Shown here: positions 17,579 through 25,522 of the stretch, one piece after another
How the letters are laid out: every line of letters begins with the position of its first letter
Position numbering within the stretch: the first letter of the stretch is position 1
IMG/VR virus record: IMGVR_UViG_3300013945_000001
Coordinates: 1 to 38,206 of that record
Source of the DNA: a virus
DNA: 38,206 nucleotides
Reading direction: 5' to 3' (one strand)
The notes under the pieces: model-generated
Databases searched by the model: none
The model's input: the letters and a program-made list of their open reading frames with translations, nothing else
Told to the model about the DNA's origin: nothing
Made by a program: the position numbers and the translations under genes

Positions 17579-17995
17579 TTACTCTTTTGGTAGTCCGTAC
17601 GAATAAACTAAATCATTTAATGTATCTGGATATCGATCGTTTTCTTTAATGTACAAAACACCAAGCAGAGCAGCCGCAAAAACATCCGCCTCATGCTCCA
17701 ATTTAGAATGGCCGAATCTAACCCCGGTATAATAGCCTGCCAAACCCTCGTGTAAAATAACATGACCGATTTCATGTGCCAAAGTGTAGTAACGGGAAGG
17801 CAGATATCTAATCCGTTCGTTCATCATTACAATAGGTTGGTCACCGTCATAATTAGTTTTTGCAAACGGCTTTGCTCCGAGTAGGGAGGTCCACTCTACG
17901 TCTATATTTAATTTATTGGCAATTATAAAAGGGTCGGCTGTTTTATATCTATCAACTATAGTTTCAACAGCTTCTTTAATTTTGTCGTTATTCAT
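17579..17995 (-). CDS. ImmA/IrrE-family zinc metallopeptidase
   Basis: HEIGH motif; positioned immediately downstream of the XRE repressor in the same operon. Confidence 0.8.
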   Translation of the reverse strand: MNNDKIKEAVETIVDRYKTADPFIIANKLNIDVEWTSLLGAKPFAKTNYDGDQPIVMMNERIRYLPSRYYTLAHEIGHVILHEGLAGYYTGVRFGHSKLEHEADVFAAALLGVLYIKENDRYPDTLNDLVYSYGLPKE

Positions 17996-18010
17996 AGAAA
18001 ACACCCCTTA

Positions 18011-18373
18011 CTAATCATGTTTATGGCGTTTCCAGAATATTGTGGTCATGGCAAGCTTAACTTGTTGCTTTTCTTCGTCAGTTAAATCCTCGCCACCATA
18101 GGTCATTCCACCTTCAAGGTTTCTTTCCAAGAAAGTTTTCAAATCATTTGTATCCTTTTCATTTGCCCATTCAGGTGTCTCGTTTTTACCTAGCAAATAG
18201 TCCACAGTGACTCCTAAAACGTGCGCTACTGCTTCAATGCTTTTCTTTCTCGGATTATCTGATTTTTTCCAAGTATAAAGATAGTTTTCACTTAAACCTG
18301 CTTTACGCTCTACTTCTGAAACTGTCATTCCTCGCTTTTTTATTATTTCCTTTGTTCTATCAAATAGCGTCAT
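18011..18373 (-). CDS. XRE-family repressor (CI-like)
   Basis: N-terminal helix-turn-helix (HTH) motif (MTVSEVERKAGLSENYLYTW). SD AGGAGA. Divergent from the early operon. Confidence 0.8.
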   Translation of the reverse strand: MTLFDRTKEIIKKRGMTVSEVERKAGLSENYLYTWKKSDNPRKKSIEAVAHVLGVTVDYLLGKNETPEWANEKDTNDLKTFLERNLEGGMTYGGEDLTDEEKQQVKLAMTTIFWKRHKHD

Positions 18374-18398
18374 GTAAGCATCTCCTATGCTTAACGAA

Positions 18399-18614
18399 AA
18401 TATTCTAGAAAATATTTGTAGAAAACACTAGACAAAGTCTAGTTTATAATCTAGAATAGGATTTGTTAAGAAATATTGTTATTGAAAAAAGCAAACTAAA
18501 AACACCAATTGATCAGCTGGCAGGCAAGATTCAAAAGGATTTTTAATTGCTTATTTAACTATGACTACATTCTAGCATTATTTTATAGAAAAAGGTAGGT
18601 TTCTAGAAAATTTT
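18399..18614. promoter_or_regulatory. Genetic switch region with repeated TTCTAGAA-type operator half-palindromes
   Basis: Copies at about 18401-18414, 18447-18458, 18568-18580 and 18600-18614, plus the palindrome ACTAGACAAAGTCTAGT at 18427-18443. Confidence 0.6.
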
Positions 18615-18646
18615 CTTAACAAAATTTATAAAAGGAGGTGATCGAT

Positions 18647-18862
18647 TTGTTTATCCACATGGAAACAAACAACAAAGCCGAAGCAATTAAGGCTTGGTTA
18701 TCAAATAATCGACGTCTTGAAACACAAGGTTCACTTGCTAAGAAATTCGGAAAGTCTCGAAGCTTTGTCAACTTATCACTCAATAAGCAATCAGTGACAC
18801 GTGCTTCTGAAAACCTAGTTAATGAAATTTATGAATATTTGCATGAAAAATATGGAATTTAA
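18647..18862 (+). CDS. Cro-like small DNA-binding protein
   Basis: TTG start 8 nt after GGAGG (the track's GTG start overlaps the SD). Sequence LAKKFGKSRSFVNLSL is HTH-like. Confidence 0.6.
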   Translation: MFIHMETNNKAEAIKAWLSNNRRLETQGSLAKKFGKSRSFVNLSLNKQSVTRASENLVNEIYEYLHEKYGI

Positions 18863-18876
18863 AAATGTTTCACTCG

Positions 18877-18988
18877 TTTTTGGCATATTCTCGTTTTTTT
18901 ATCCATATTAGTTGTGTAGGGCAAATATGTATAAAAAATAAAATAATCCAGTCTTTTTTGGCAGATTCCAATTTTTTTATACATATTA
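18877..18988 (+). repeat. Two 34-nt direct repeats (29/34 identical) at 18877-18910 and 18955-18988
   Basis: TTTTTGGCATATTCTCGTTTTTTTATCCATATTA versus TTTTTGGCAGATTCCAATTTTTTTATACATATTA. Confidence 0.85.
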
Positions 18989-19008
18989 AGAAATGGAAGG
19001 AGGGAAAT

Positions 19009-19413
19009 ATGAAAGAAGATCTTTGGGAATTAAAACAGCCAACCCAAAAAGTAGTGGAGTACTTAGATGGAGTGACTGTTGATGGAAAGAATATTGAATT
19101 TGTTTCGGATGTGCAGGCAAAGCTAGTATCAGAAAATTTAGTAGAAATGACAATTAAGTTTTTCGCTAAGGATTACAAATTAGTGACTGGATATTTGAAT
19201 CCTGAACACAAATACGACTTTTTAGGCATTGATAAAAAAGAGGAGGGGATAAATATGAAAAACAAACTCGATACAAACGGAATCGGATTTGGTGATGCCG
19301 TAGCGATTGGAATTTACTACAAAGGAAAATTACTAGCATTAATTGAAGAGAGTAACGATGAGCGTTTCGACAATAATGTGGAGATAAAGATGATTAAAAA
19401 AACAAATCACTAG
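19009..19413 (+). CDS. Hypothetical protein (134 aa)
   Basis: ATG follows GGAAGGAGGG. The upstream part of the track ORF is the repeat region and is unlikely to be coding. Confidence 0.6.
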   Translation: MKEDLWELKQPTQKVVEYLDGVTVDGKNIEFVSDVQAKLVSENLVEMTIKFFAKDYKLVTGYLNPEHKYDFLGIDKKEEGINMKNKLDTNGIGFGDAVAIGIYYKGKLLALIEESNDERFDNNVEIKMIKKTNH

Positions 19414-19433
19414 GAGTGATTTGCCTAATACGA

Positions 19434-19649
19434 TTAGTTACTTGAAGGGTACCAATCTCTATTTAAAACAGTTTGCCCGTCTTGTCTTTCAATCACATAT
19501 CCATTTGCAGATGGGTTATCGATGATTAAAGATTCAGCGTCAAAGTAGTCTACAACTTTTTTGTTAGGAAGATGAACATGAACAACTTTAACGTTCTCTA
19601 TAGTTTTGACTTTGTTCATAACGGGATTACTAAACGTAATAGCAAACAT
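19434..19649 (-). CDS. Hypothetical protein (71 aa), encoded opposite to the early operon
   Basis: SD AAAGGTGG lies 9 nt upstream on the minus strand. Confidence 0.55.
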   Translation of the reverse strand: MFAITFSNPVMNKVKTIENVKVVHVHLPNKKVVDYFDAESLIIDNPSANGYVIERQDGQTVLNRDWYPSSN

Positions 19650-19709
19650 TATTTATCACCACCTTTAATTGAACTAACTAAATTATACACACGAAAGAAG
19701 GAAATAAGA

Positions 19710-20444
19710 ATGAACGAATTAGTCATTATGAAAGACCAACAAGCAGTAACAACCAGCTTACAAGTAGCAGAAGTATTTGGAAAGAATCACAAACACGTTT
19801 TAGATGCTATTCAAAACAAAATTGACTCAGCCGAAAATTCGGCTCAGTACGATTCGATGTTTGCTCAGGGCGAATACAAAGATAAGAGCGGTAAACGAAA
19901 CAAGATGTATTACATGAATCGTGACGGATTTACATTCATTGCTTTTGGGTTCACCGGTAAGAAGGCAGACGAATTCAAACTTAAATACATTGAAGCTTTC
20001 AACCAGATGGAAAAAACCATTAAGGCAGAACGTATTCAATTACCCAAAACGCCAATGGAAGCATTGAAATTGATGTTTGATGCAACAGAAGAAACCAATA
20101 ACAAGGTAAACCGAATCGGTAGTGACGTTAAGTATTTGAAGGATAATCAGCGCTTGGATGTGGGCGAATATGGATACATCTCACGCCGTGTTTCGGAAAA
20201 GGTTAACGAATATATCAAGATTCACGGATTGACATTAACGGCTGCACAACGTAGCAAGTTGTTCAAGGACATCAACCGCGGTCTAAACGAAGTAACCGGG
20301 ATTAAGACGCGGTCACAACTTCGTCAAAAGGACTTTGACAAAGCCGATGAATTCATCAGTAACTGGCAGCCTTCCACTGCAACGGTACAAATCATTAAAG
20401 AGATGAGTAAGGTACCGGCAGGTCAAACAACGTTAGGAGAGTAA
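19710..20444 (+). CDS. Rha-family regulatory protein/antirepressor
   Basis: ATG follows GAAAGAAGGAAA. The N-terminus TTSLQVAEVFGKNHKHVLDAIQN is Rha-like. Confidence 0.75.
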   Translation: MNELVIMKDQQAVTTSLQVAEVFGKNHKHVLDAIQNKIDSAENSAQYDSMFAQGEYKDKSGKRNKMYYMNRDGFTFIAFGFTGKKADEFKLKYIEAFNQMEKTIKAERIQLPKTPMEALKLMFDATEETNNKVNRIGSDVKYLKDNQRLDVGEYGYISRRVSEKVNEYIKIHGLTLTAAQRSKLFKDINRGLNEVTGIKTRSQLRQKDFDKADEFISNWQPSTATVQIIKEMSKVPAGQTTLGE

Positions 20445-20457
20445 GGAGGTAGCAAAG

Positions 20458-20787
20458 GTGGCTCAAATTGTTGAAGCGAACATTAAGTTCGAGATACCGG
20501 CTGACAAAGTCTTAGTAGACCGCATTGAATGGGAAACCACCAAGAAAAAGGCAGAAGCTCACGAAATTTGGAAAATGGACGACTTGAAAAACTACATGCT
20601 CAATAAGAGCACCCAATGGATTACCGCTAACGTCTTAGCTAACCCACACTTATACAAACAGCTGCAAGAGCTTCGCGATAAAGGAGCACTTGGTGGCGGT
20701 GGCAAAGGTGGTACATGGTGGATGTTTGCCGATGAAATCAAGGAATTTATTGATAACAACAAAGAAGTGATTATGAGGGGGAATTAG
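20458..20787 (+). CDS. DUF771-like protein (possible excisionase-type DNA-binding protein)
   Basis: GTG follows AAGGAGG. Family assignment is from recalled similarity only. Confidence 0.5.
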   Translation: MAQIVEANIKFEIPADKVLVDRIEWETTKKKAEAHEIWKMDDLKNYMLNKSTQWITANVLANPHLYKQLQELRDKGALGGGGKGGTWWMFADEIKEFIDNNKEVIMRGN

Positions 20788-20789
20788 CA

Positions 20790-20873
20790 ATGAGAATTCT
20801 GATAGCAATGCTGATTATAGCAGGAATGGCCTACGCATTTGGTCGTTTTGGATTTAATTCATTTTTCGAGTAA
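20790..20873 (+). CDS. Possible 27-aa hydrophobic peptide
   Basis: Manual translation gives MRILIAMLIIAGMAYAFGRFGFNSFFE; tightly packed between neighbouring genes. Confidence 0.3.
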   Translation: MRILIAMLIIAGMAYAFGRFGFNSFFE

Positions 20874-20887
20874 GGGGGTGAATAGGA

Positions 20888-21196
20888 ATGAAGTTAGCAA
20901 AGATTAGAGAAGATTTGTATCTAAATCCATGCAATATTACGTCTATTGAATTTGATGACGAATATAATACAACACTCATAACAATGGTTAATGGAGACGT
21001 ATTTAGCTTAAAGCTACCAACTAAAAAAGCACTAGACGCTATTTACGGTAGCGAGGAGCACTTAGTATCTTCAAAAGTTTCAACAGAAATTAATATCGAA
21101 AAGATTAAAGAGTATCAACAACTTTTGAAAGACGGTAAAAAACAAATCAACAAACTTAAAAAGGTTGTAGAACAAATTGAGAATTTTGAATTTTAG
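20888..21196 (+). CDS. Hypothetical protein (102 aa)
   Basis: SD AAGGGGGTG upstream. Confidence 0.6.
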   Translation: MKLAKIREDLYLNPCNITSIEFDDEYNTTLITMVNGDVFSLKLPTKKALDAIYGSEEHLVSSKVSTEINIEKIKEYQQLLKDGKKQINKLKKVVEQIENFEF

Positions 21197-21511
21197 CTAG
21201 AATCCCAATTTTTTTGCAAAAAAGGTATTGGTTGCTGCTTGCTGCATATCTTTCCACGAATCAAAATTTGTTTCTGACCTAACTTGATTCTCTAAAGTTT
21301 CTTGTGGCAATTCTTCGAAATCATGTTGATTTTTAACACCTAATTTTTCTAAAAATTCGTTAATGGATTTAAATTTTGTGTTATCAAGCATAAATGAATC
21401 AGAAAATAGTTCACCAAAATTAACGGATTTAGGTTGTTCGTATTCTTCAGCGACATCTATCATATGATTTAATTTCTTTTCGAGTTGATTAAGACCTTTA
21501 ATACTACTCAT
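21197..21511 (-). CDS. Hypothetical acidic protein (104 aa), divergent from a small XRE gene
   Basis: ATG follows GGAGGTGAAACA on the minus strand; the longer track start lacks an SD. Confidence 0.6.
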   Translation of the reverse strand: MSSIKGLNQLEKKLNHMIDVAEEYEQPKSVNFGELFSDSFMLDNTKFKSINEFLEKLGVKNQHDFEELPQETLENQVRSETNFDSWKDMQQAATNTFFAKKLGF

Positions 21512-21601
21512 TGTTTCACCTCCAGTATATATAAAATGCGTATCAAGAACTATGGCGAAGGCACTTGATGCAAATTTAATTATACAGTACAAAATATATC
21601 A

Positions 21602-21617
21602 ACACAATATATTGTGT
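21602..21617. promoter_or_regulatory. Perfect 16-bp palindrome ACACAATATATTGTGT in the divergent intergenic region
   Basis: Read directly. A related half-site, ATACACACATAT, follows at about 21632. Confidence 0.6.
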
Positions 21618-21663
21618 ATTTTTTAAATTAAAATACACACATATCGTAGGTGAGGAGGAAAAT

Positions 21664-21858
21664 ATGTGGCCAAAAATTCAAAAAATACTAAACGAACAAA
21701 AAATTACAGCCAACCGCTTATCAGTTTTGATGGGAAGTAAAAATAACACAACCATCTACGCTCTAAAGAACGGAGAAATCAAGAAACCAAGTTTTGAACT
21801 AATGGAAAAAATAGCGGACGCATTGGAAGTGAGCTTGGATGAATTTAGAACAAAATAA
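21664..21858 (+). CDS. Small XRE-family HTH protein (64 aa)
   Basis: SD GGTGAGGAGG. Sequence ITANRLSVLMGSKNNTTIYALKNG is HTH-like. Confidence 0.7.
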   Translation: MWPKIQKILNEQKITANRLSVLMGSKNNTTIYALKNGEIKKPSFELMEKIADALEVSLDEFRTK

Positions 21859-22024
21859 AAAGCCCGCTATGGCAATAGCGAGCAAAGAAATAAATTTAAC
21901 AACTGGAGTATATCACATGAACAATCAACAGTTAAGTGCAAGCTTAGAAAGAGCTTGGGAAACAGAACGTGAGAACAAAGAGACCGAAGCTTTATTTGAA
22001 AGGGATGAACCTAATGAAGATTGA
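21839..22024 (+). CDS. Small hypothetical protein (start may be the ATG at 21917)
   Basis: ORF track entry. An internal ATG is preceded by GGAG at 8 nt. Confidence 0.4.
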   Translation: MNLEQNKKPAMAIASKEINLTTGVYHMNNQQLSASLERAWETERENKETEALFERDEPNED

Positions 22025-22469
22025 TGAATTAGAAGCTAAACGTAGTGAGCTCGATCGTAAATTACGCAAACTCAAGCACGATAAAGAAGGTATCAACATT
22101 CAAATTGATGAACTTCGCGACCAGATTAGTGAGGTCGAACAAGAGGAGCTCAACTTATTTCAAGGACGTGAATTGCAGACCGCTACTTGGCGCTATGTTC
22201 GAACCGAAAGCAATCCTAGCAAACCAACGTGGTGGCAAGTTACGAAGGCAAACAATGCGAAGCCTAAAGAAATTGTGCAGTCACTTTCTGGAATTGATGA
22301 AACGTTAGTAAAACAAGAGCCTAACTTGTCAGCAATTAAACGCATGGTTGCTGAAGGACGATTTATCCCATCAAAAAACGGACAACTAGTCGACACAGAA
22401 ACTGGAGCACTAATCCCTTATGTGGCACGGCAGAAACCAGACAAGTTATCAGTTAAGGCGGTGGATTAA
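22014..22469 (+). CDS. Hypothetical coiled-coil protein upstream of Erf
   Basis: ATG lies 8 nt after AAAGGGA; the earlier starts lack an SD. Confidence 0.55.
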   Translation: MKIDELEAKRSELDRKLRKLKHDKEGINIQIDELRDQISEVEQEELNLFQGRELQTATWRYVRTESNPSKPTWWQVTKANNAKPKEIVQSLSGIDETLVKQEPNLSAIKRMVAEGRFIPSKNGQLVDTETGALIPYVARQKPDKLSVKAVD

Positions 22470-23195
22470 ATGATAACGACTAAAGCAGAACCAAAAGAGG
22501 AGGTTAAACCTAAGACATTGGCAAATAAAGCAAAACCTAAAACACTGTACCAAAAACTACAGACGATCCATGCTAGCGCAAAGTACGTGCAAAAGTCACA
22601 ACGTTCAACGCAGTACAGCTATGCCGGTTCATCGGATGTATTGGGACAAATCCACGAATTGATGGACCAAGAAGGCGTGCTGCTGATTCCTCGAATCACG
22701 AGCAAAAATGTAATGACGAGTTCAAACAAGAAAGGCGCGTTGGTGTACTTTACCGAATTAATTATGACCATGACGTGGATTAACAGCGATAACCCCGAAG
22801 AAACAATCGAATGCCCGTGGTACGCACAGGGTGTTGATACCGCCGGTGAAAAGGGCGTCGGTAAGGCACTGACATACGGCGAAAAGTACTTCTTACTCAA
22901 GTTTTTCAACATCGCCACCGACGATATGGATCCCGATTCGTTTCAAAAAAATGTTGAAAGCAAAAAACAACCTGACCCAATTTCTAGCGAACAAAACGAA
23001 ACACTAACGGCATTATTCAAGACAATGGCGACTGCCACTGGTAAGCCAGAGACCGTAGTTAAATCGGCGTATCTAAGTAAGGCGCACGTTGCCCATATCA
23101 ATGACTTAAATTACGAGACAGCTAACCAGATGATTGTGCTCGTAACTAAGCAACTGGACCACGTCAGCAAAACACAGGAGGGGCACCATGAATGA
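22470..23195 (+). CDS. erf: ERF-family single-strand annealing protein
   Basis: Resembles the ERF family by eye; it lies one small ORF (23188..23394) upstream of the SSB gene. Confidence 0.65.
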   Translation: MITTKAEPKEEVKPKTLANKAKPKTLYQKLQTIHASAKYVQKSQRSTQYSYAGSSDVLGQIHELMDQEGVLLIPRITSKNVMTSSNKKGALVYFTELIMTMTWINSDNPEETIECPWYAQGVDTAGEKGVGKALTYGEKYFLLKFFNIATDDMDPDSFQKNVESKKQPDPISSEQNETLTALFKTMATATGKPETVVKSAYLSKAHVAHINDLNYETANQMIVLVTKQLDHVSKTQEGHHE

Positions 23196-23394
23196 AAACT
23201 ATGAACTAGGTTATGAAAACGGACAGATTGCAATGCTAGATGCGTTAAATCAGAAATTAACTAATATTAGCGAACCGTTATACAGACGGCTTTTAAAAGA
23301 TGGGAAGCTAGATTCAGCAGGCAACGCACAATTAGATGTGCTTAATAGCATTCGTGATTGGCAAATAGAAAGGATCGAGGAACTCCATGATTAA
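23188..23394 (+). CDS. Hypothetical protein (68 aa)
   Basis: Overlaps both neighbouring genes in a translationally coupled arrangement. Confidence 0.5.
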   Translation: MNENYELGYENGQIAMLDALNQKLTNISEPLYRRLLKDGKLDSAGNAQLDVLNSIRDWQIERIEELHD

Positions 23395-23812
23395 TCGAAC
23401 AGTACTAATAGGACGCCTAACTAAAGATGTTGAGCTTCGCCACACGGCTAAAGGCGATGCGGTAGCTAGTTTTACCGTGGCAGTTAACCGACAGTTTACC
23501 AACTCACAGGGTGAACGCGAAGTGGATTTCATCAGCTGTGTAATGTGGCGTAAGGCAGCAGAAAACTTTGCCAAGTACACACAAAAAGGTTCGTTGGTAG
23601 GCATTGAGGGTCGAATTCAAACTCGTTCCTACGAGAATCAACAAGGACAACGAGTGTACGTTACCGAAGTTGTTGCGGAAAACTTCTCGTTGCTGGATTC
23701 GAAACCGAAAGGCAACCAGAAAAATAGCACACGGAATGCATCAACGCCGGGAGATCCATTCGCTAATGGCGGACAATCAATTGATATTGGTGACGATAGC
23801 TTGCCTTTCTAA
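23387..23812 (+). CDS. ssb: Single-stranded DNA-binding protein
   Basis: OB-fold N-terminus [18 protein letters not shown] and an acidic C-terminal tip DDSLPF. Confidence 0.9.
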   Translation: MINRTVLIGRLTKDVELRHTAKGDAVASFTVAVNRQFTNSQGEREVDFISCVMWRKAAENFAKYTQKGSLVGIEGRIQTRSYENQQGQRVYVTEVVAENFSLLDSKPKGNQKNSTRNASTPGDPFANGGQSIDIGDDSLPF

Positions 23813-23822
23813 GGTGATGTAA

Positions 23823-24200
23823 ATGCAGAGAGCAAGAGCGGAACAACGAGGTAGAGACCTAGTTATTCATTTAGACAAACCGCTTAACCAAGACCATTTA
23901 GAGACAGTGAGCGGTGGGCAAGGCGAGTTCTACGTCGATTTCGAGGTAGCAGACCCGCGGAAAGCACGAGTACAACAGCGACGGTTATTTTTCGCCCTAC
24001 TACATGACATTGAAACGTATTTTGTGGTGCCAGCTGAATTTCTGAAATCGATGTTCTATACGCAGTACGAGTTTTATACCGCTGGTAAGTCTATCAGCTT
24101 ATCAGACCACACAGAATCTTCTGTGAGCGATGCTAACCAGTTGCTAGACCTAGTTATCGATTTCATGTTCGAATGGCGAGTACCGTTTAAAAAAGGCTAG
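23823..24200 (+). CDS. N-terminal fragment of a split HNH/DUF968-like gene
   Basis: Ends at a TAG created at the junction of a 25-bp tandem duplication. Confidence 0.6.
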   Translation: MQRARAEQRGRDLVIHLDKPLNQDHLETVSGGQGEFYVDFEVADPRKARVQQRRLFFALLHDIETYFVVPAEFLKSMFYTQYEFYTAGKSISLSDHTESSVSDANQLLDLVIDFMFEWRVPFKKG

Positions 24201-24224
24201 GCGAGTACCGTTTAAAAAAGGCTA
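24175..24224 (+). repeat. Perfect 25-bp tandem duplication GGCGAGTACCGTTTAAAAAAGGCTA x2
   Basis: Read directly. Removing one copy fuses 23823..24200 and 24229..24525 in frame. Confidence 0.95.
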
Positions 24225-24228
24225 TGAG

Positions 24229-24525
24229 TTGTTACCAAAAGAAGAGCATTACTTCATCTACCAATGTTGTAGACATCGTGTGTGTCTCGTTTGTGGGAAT
24301 TACGCAGATATCCATCACGTGGACGTGGTCGGGCGAACGAACCGAAATAAGATTGACCATTCAAAACGGCATGTACTACCGCTTTGCAGAGTGCATCATG
24401 GCGAAATTGAAAGTATTACGTCAGCTAAGTTTGCCGCTAAGTATCACGTGCCAGTAAACGGTATCAAATTGAGTGTCGAAGATTTAAAACGATTAAAAAT
24501 CAGGGGGAATTACGATGAAGCTTAG
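24229..24525 (+). CDS. C-terminal fragment of the split gene (Cys/His HNH-like motif region)
   Basis: Motifs CRHRVCLVCG...IHHV...LCRVHH. No SD or ATG of its own (the track uses a TTG). Confidence 0.5.
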   Translation: MLPKEEHYFIYQCCRHRVCLVCGNYADIHHVDVVGRTNRNKIDHSKRHVLPLCRVHHGEIESITSAKFAAKYHVPVNGIKLSVEDLKRLKIRGNYDEA

Positions 24526-24739
24526 TGAAAAACCACTAAATACAGAAATAGATCAACATATGCAAAATATTTATAAATTAAAGGGGCAGAACCTTTTAAT
24601 ACTGGAGCAATCCTTAAAACTTGCAAATGAAATAGTTGAAGAAATGCAGAAAAAAGGAGCTTCTTATCTTGAAATACAAGAAGCCCTGATATTAGTTGAC
24701 AATTGGCTTTATTCAAAAGCAATCAATCAGAAGTTATAG
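24515..24739 (+). CDS. Hypothetical protein (74 aa)
   Basis: SD AGGGGGAA upstream. Confidence 0.55.
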   Translation: MKLSEKPLNTEIDQHMQNIYKLKGQNLLILEQSLKLANEIVEEMQKKGASYLEIQEALILVDNWLYSKAINQKL

Positions 24740-24754
24740 GAATTAAAGGAAATT

Positions 24755-25522
24755 ATGGGGGTGAGCAAAATGAACAATTTACTGATCAGTGAGCCACCAC
24801 TGCAAGTACTACCGTCGTTGGCAAAAATAGTCGGACTAAACGAAGCTATTGTTTTACAACAATTTCACTACTGGTTGGAAAGATCTAATAATATCCGAGA
24901 CGGTTATAAATGGATTTATAACAGTTATTCCAAGTGGAATGAGCAGTTTCCATTTTGGAGTAATGCAACGCTTCGCAGAACAATTAATAGCTTGGAAAAA
25001 CAAGGATTTTTTATAACAGCAAACTACAACAAAGCTGGTTTTGACAAAACGAAGTGGTATCGGATTGACTACGAACGAGTGAGCAATGCATCTGCTCAAA
25101 ATGAGCAAACGAGTTGCTCAAAATGCGCAAGTGCATCTGCTCAAAATGAGCAAACCAATACCAATAGACTACCAGAGACTACTACAGAGACTAACAATAA
25201 TACGTCGGACAATAAGTCCGACCATATCCAATACAAACAAATAATCGACTATCTAAATGAAAAAGCTGGTAAGCACTTTAGAAACGTCGAATCTAACAAG
25301 AAACTGATTCGCGCTAGATGGCATGAGGGTTATAGATTGGACGATTTTAAGAAGGTAATTGATAACAAGGTACTAGACGCAAACGATGCTAACTCATTCT
25401 TTACGGCTAAATACTTACAGCCAAGTACTTTGTTCGGAAACAAGTTTGATCAGTATTTAAACCAACAAATTAAACCGAATGTAGAGAAAGGGACACAATC
25501 TTATGGCGGGGTTGAATTTTGA
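24755..25522 (+). CDS. Replisome organizer (DnaD-like N-terminal region plus conserved phage C-terminus)
   Basis: Both terminal regions look typical of the family by eye. A low-complexity middle contains DNA repeats. Confidence 0.7.
   Translation: MGVSKMNNLLISEPPLQVLPSLAKIVGLNEAIVLQQFHYWLERSNNIRDGYKWIYNSYSKWNEQFPFWSNATLRRTINSLEKQGFFITANYNKAGFDKTKWYRIDYERVSNASAQNEQTSCSKCASASAQNEQTNTNRLPETTTETNNNTSDNKSDHIQYKQIIDYLNEKAGKHFRNVESNKKLIRARWHEGYRLDDFKKVIDNKVLDANDANSFFTAKYLQPSTLFGNKFDQYLNQQIKPNVEKGTQSYGGVEF
25087..25155 (+). repeat. Iteron-like repeats: TGCATCTGCTCAAAATGAGCAAAC twice (25087-25110, 25132-25155), with a degenerate copy at 25115-25130
   Basis: Read directly. The core TGCTCAAAATG(A/C)GCAA occurs at 22-23 nt spacing. 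Confidence 0.85.

Noticed and set aside
17267-17593. 108-aa plus-strand ORF antisense to the membrane-anchored protein gene
   Set aside because: It is an AT-rich antisense frame without an SD.
18865-19008. N-terminal 48 codons of track ORF 18865..19413
   Set aside because: This stretch is made up of the two T-rich direct repeats. A strong SD precedes the internal ATG at 19009.
19572-19709. N-terminal extension of the Rha-like ORF overlapping the minus-strand gene 19434..19649
   Set aside because: The SD-preceded ATG at 19710 begins the conserved Rha N-terminus, and the extension overlaps a better-supported opposite-strand gene.
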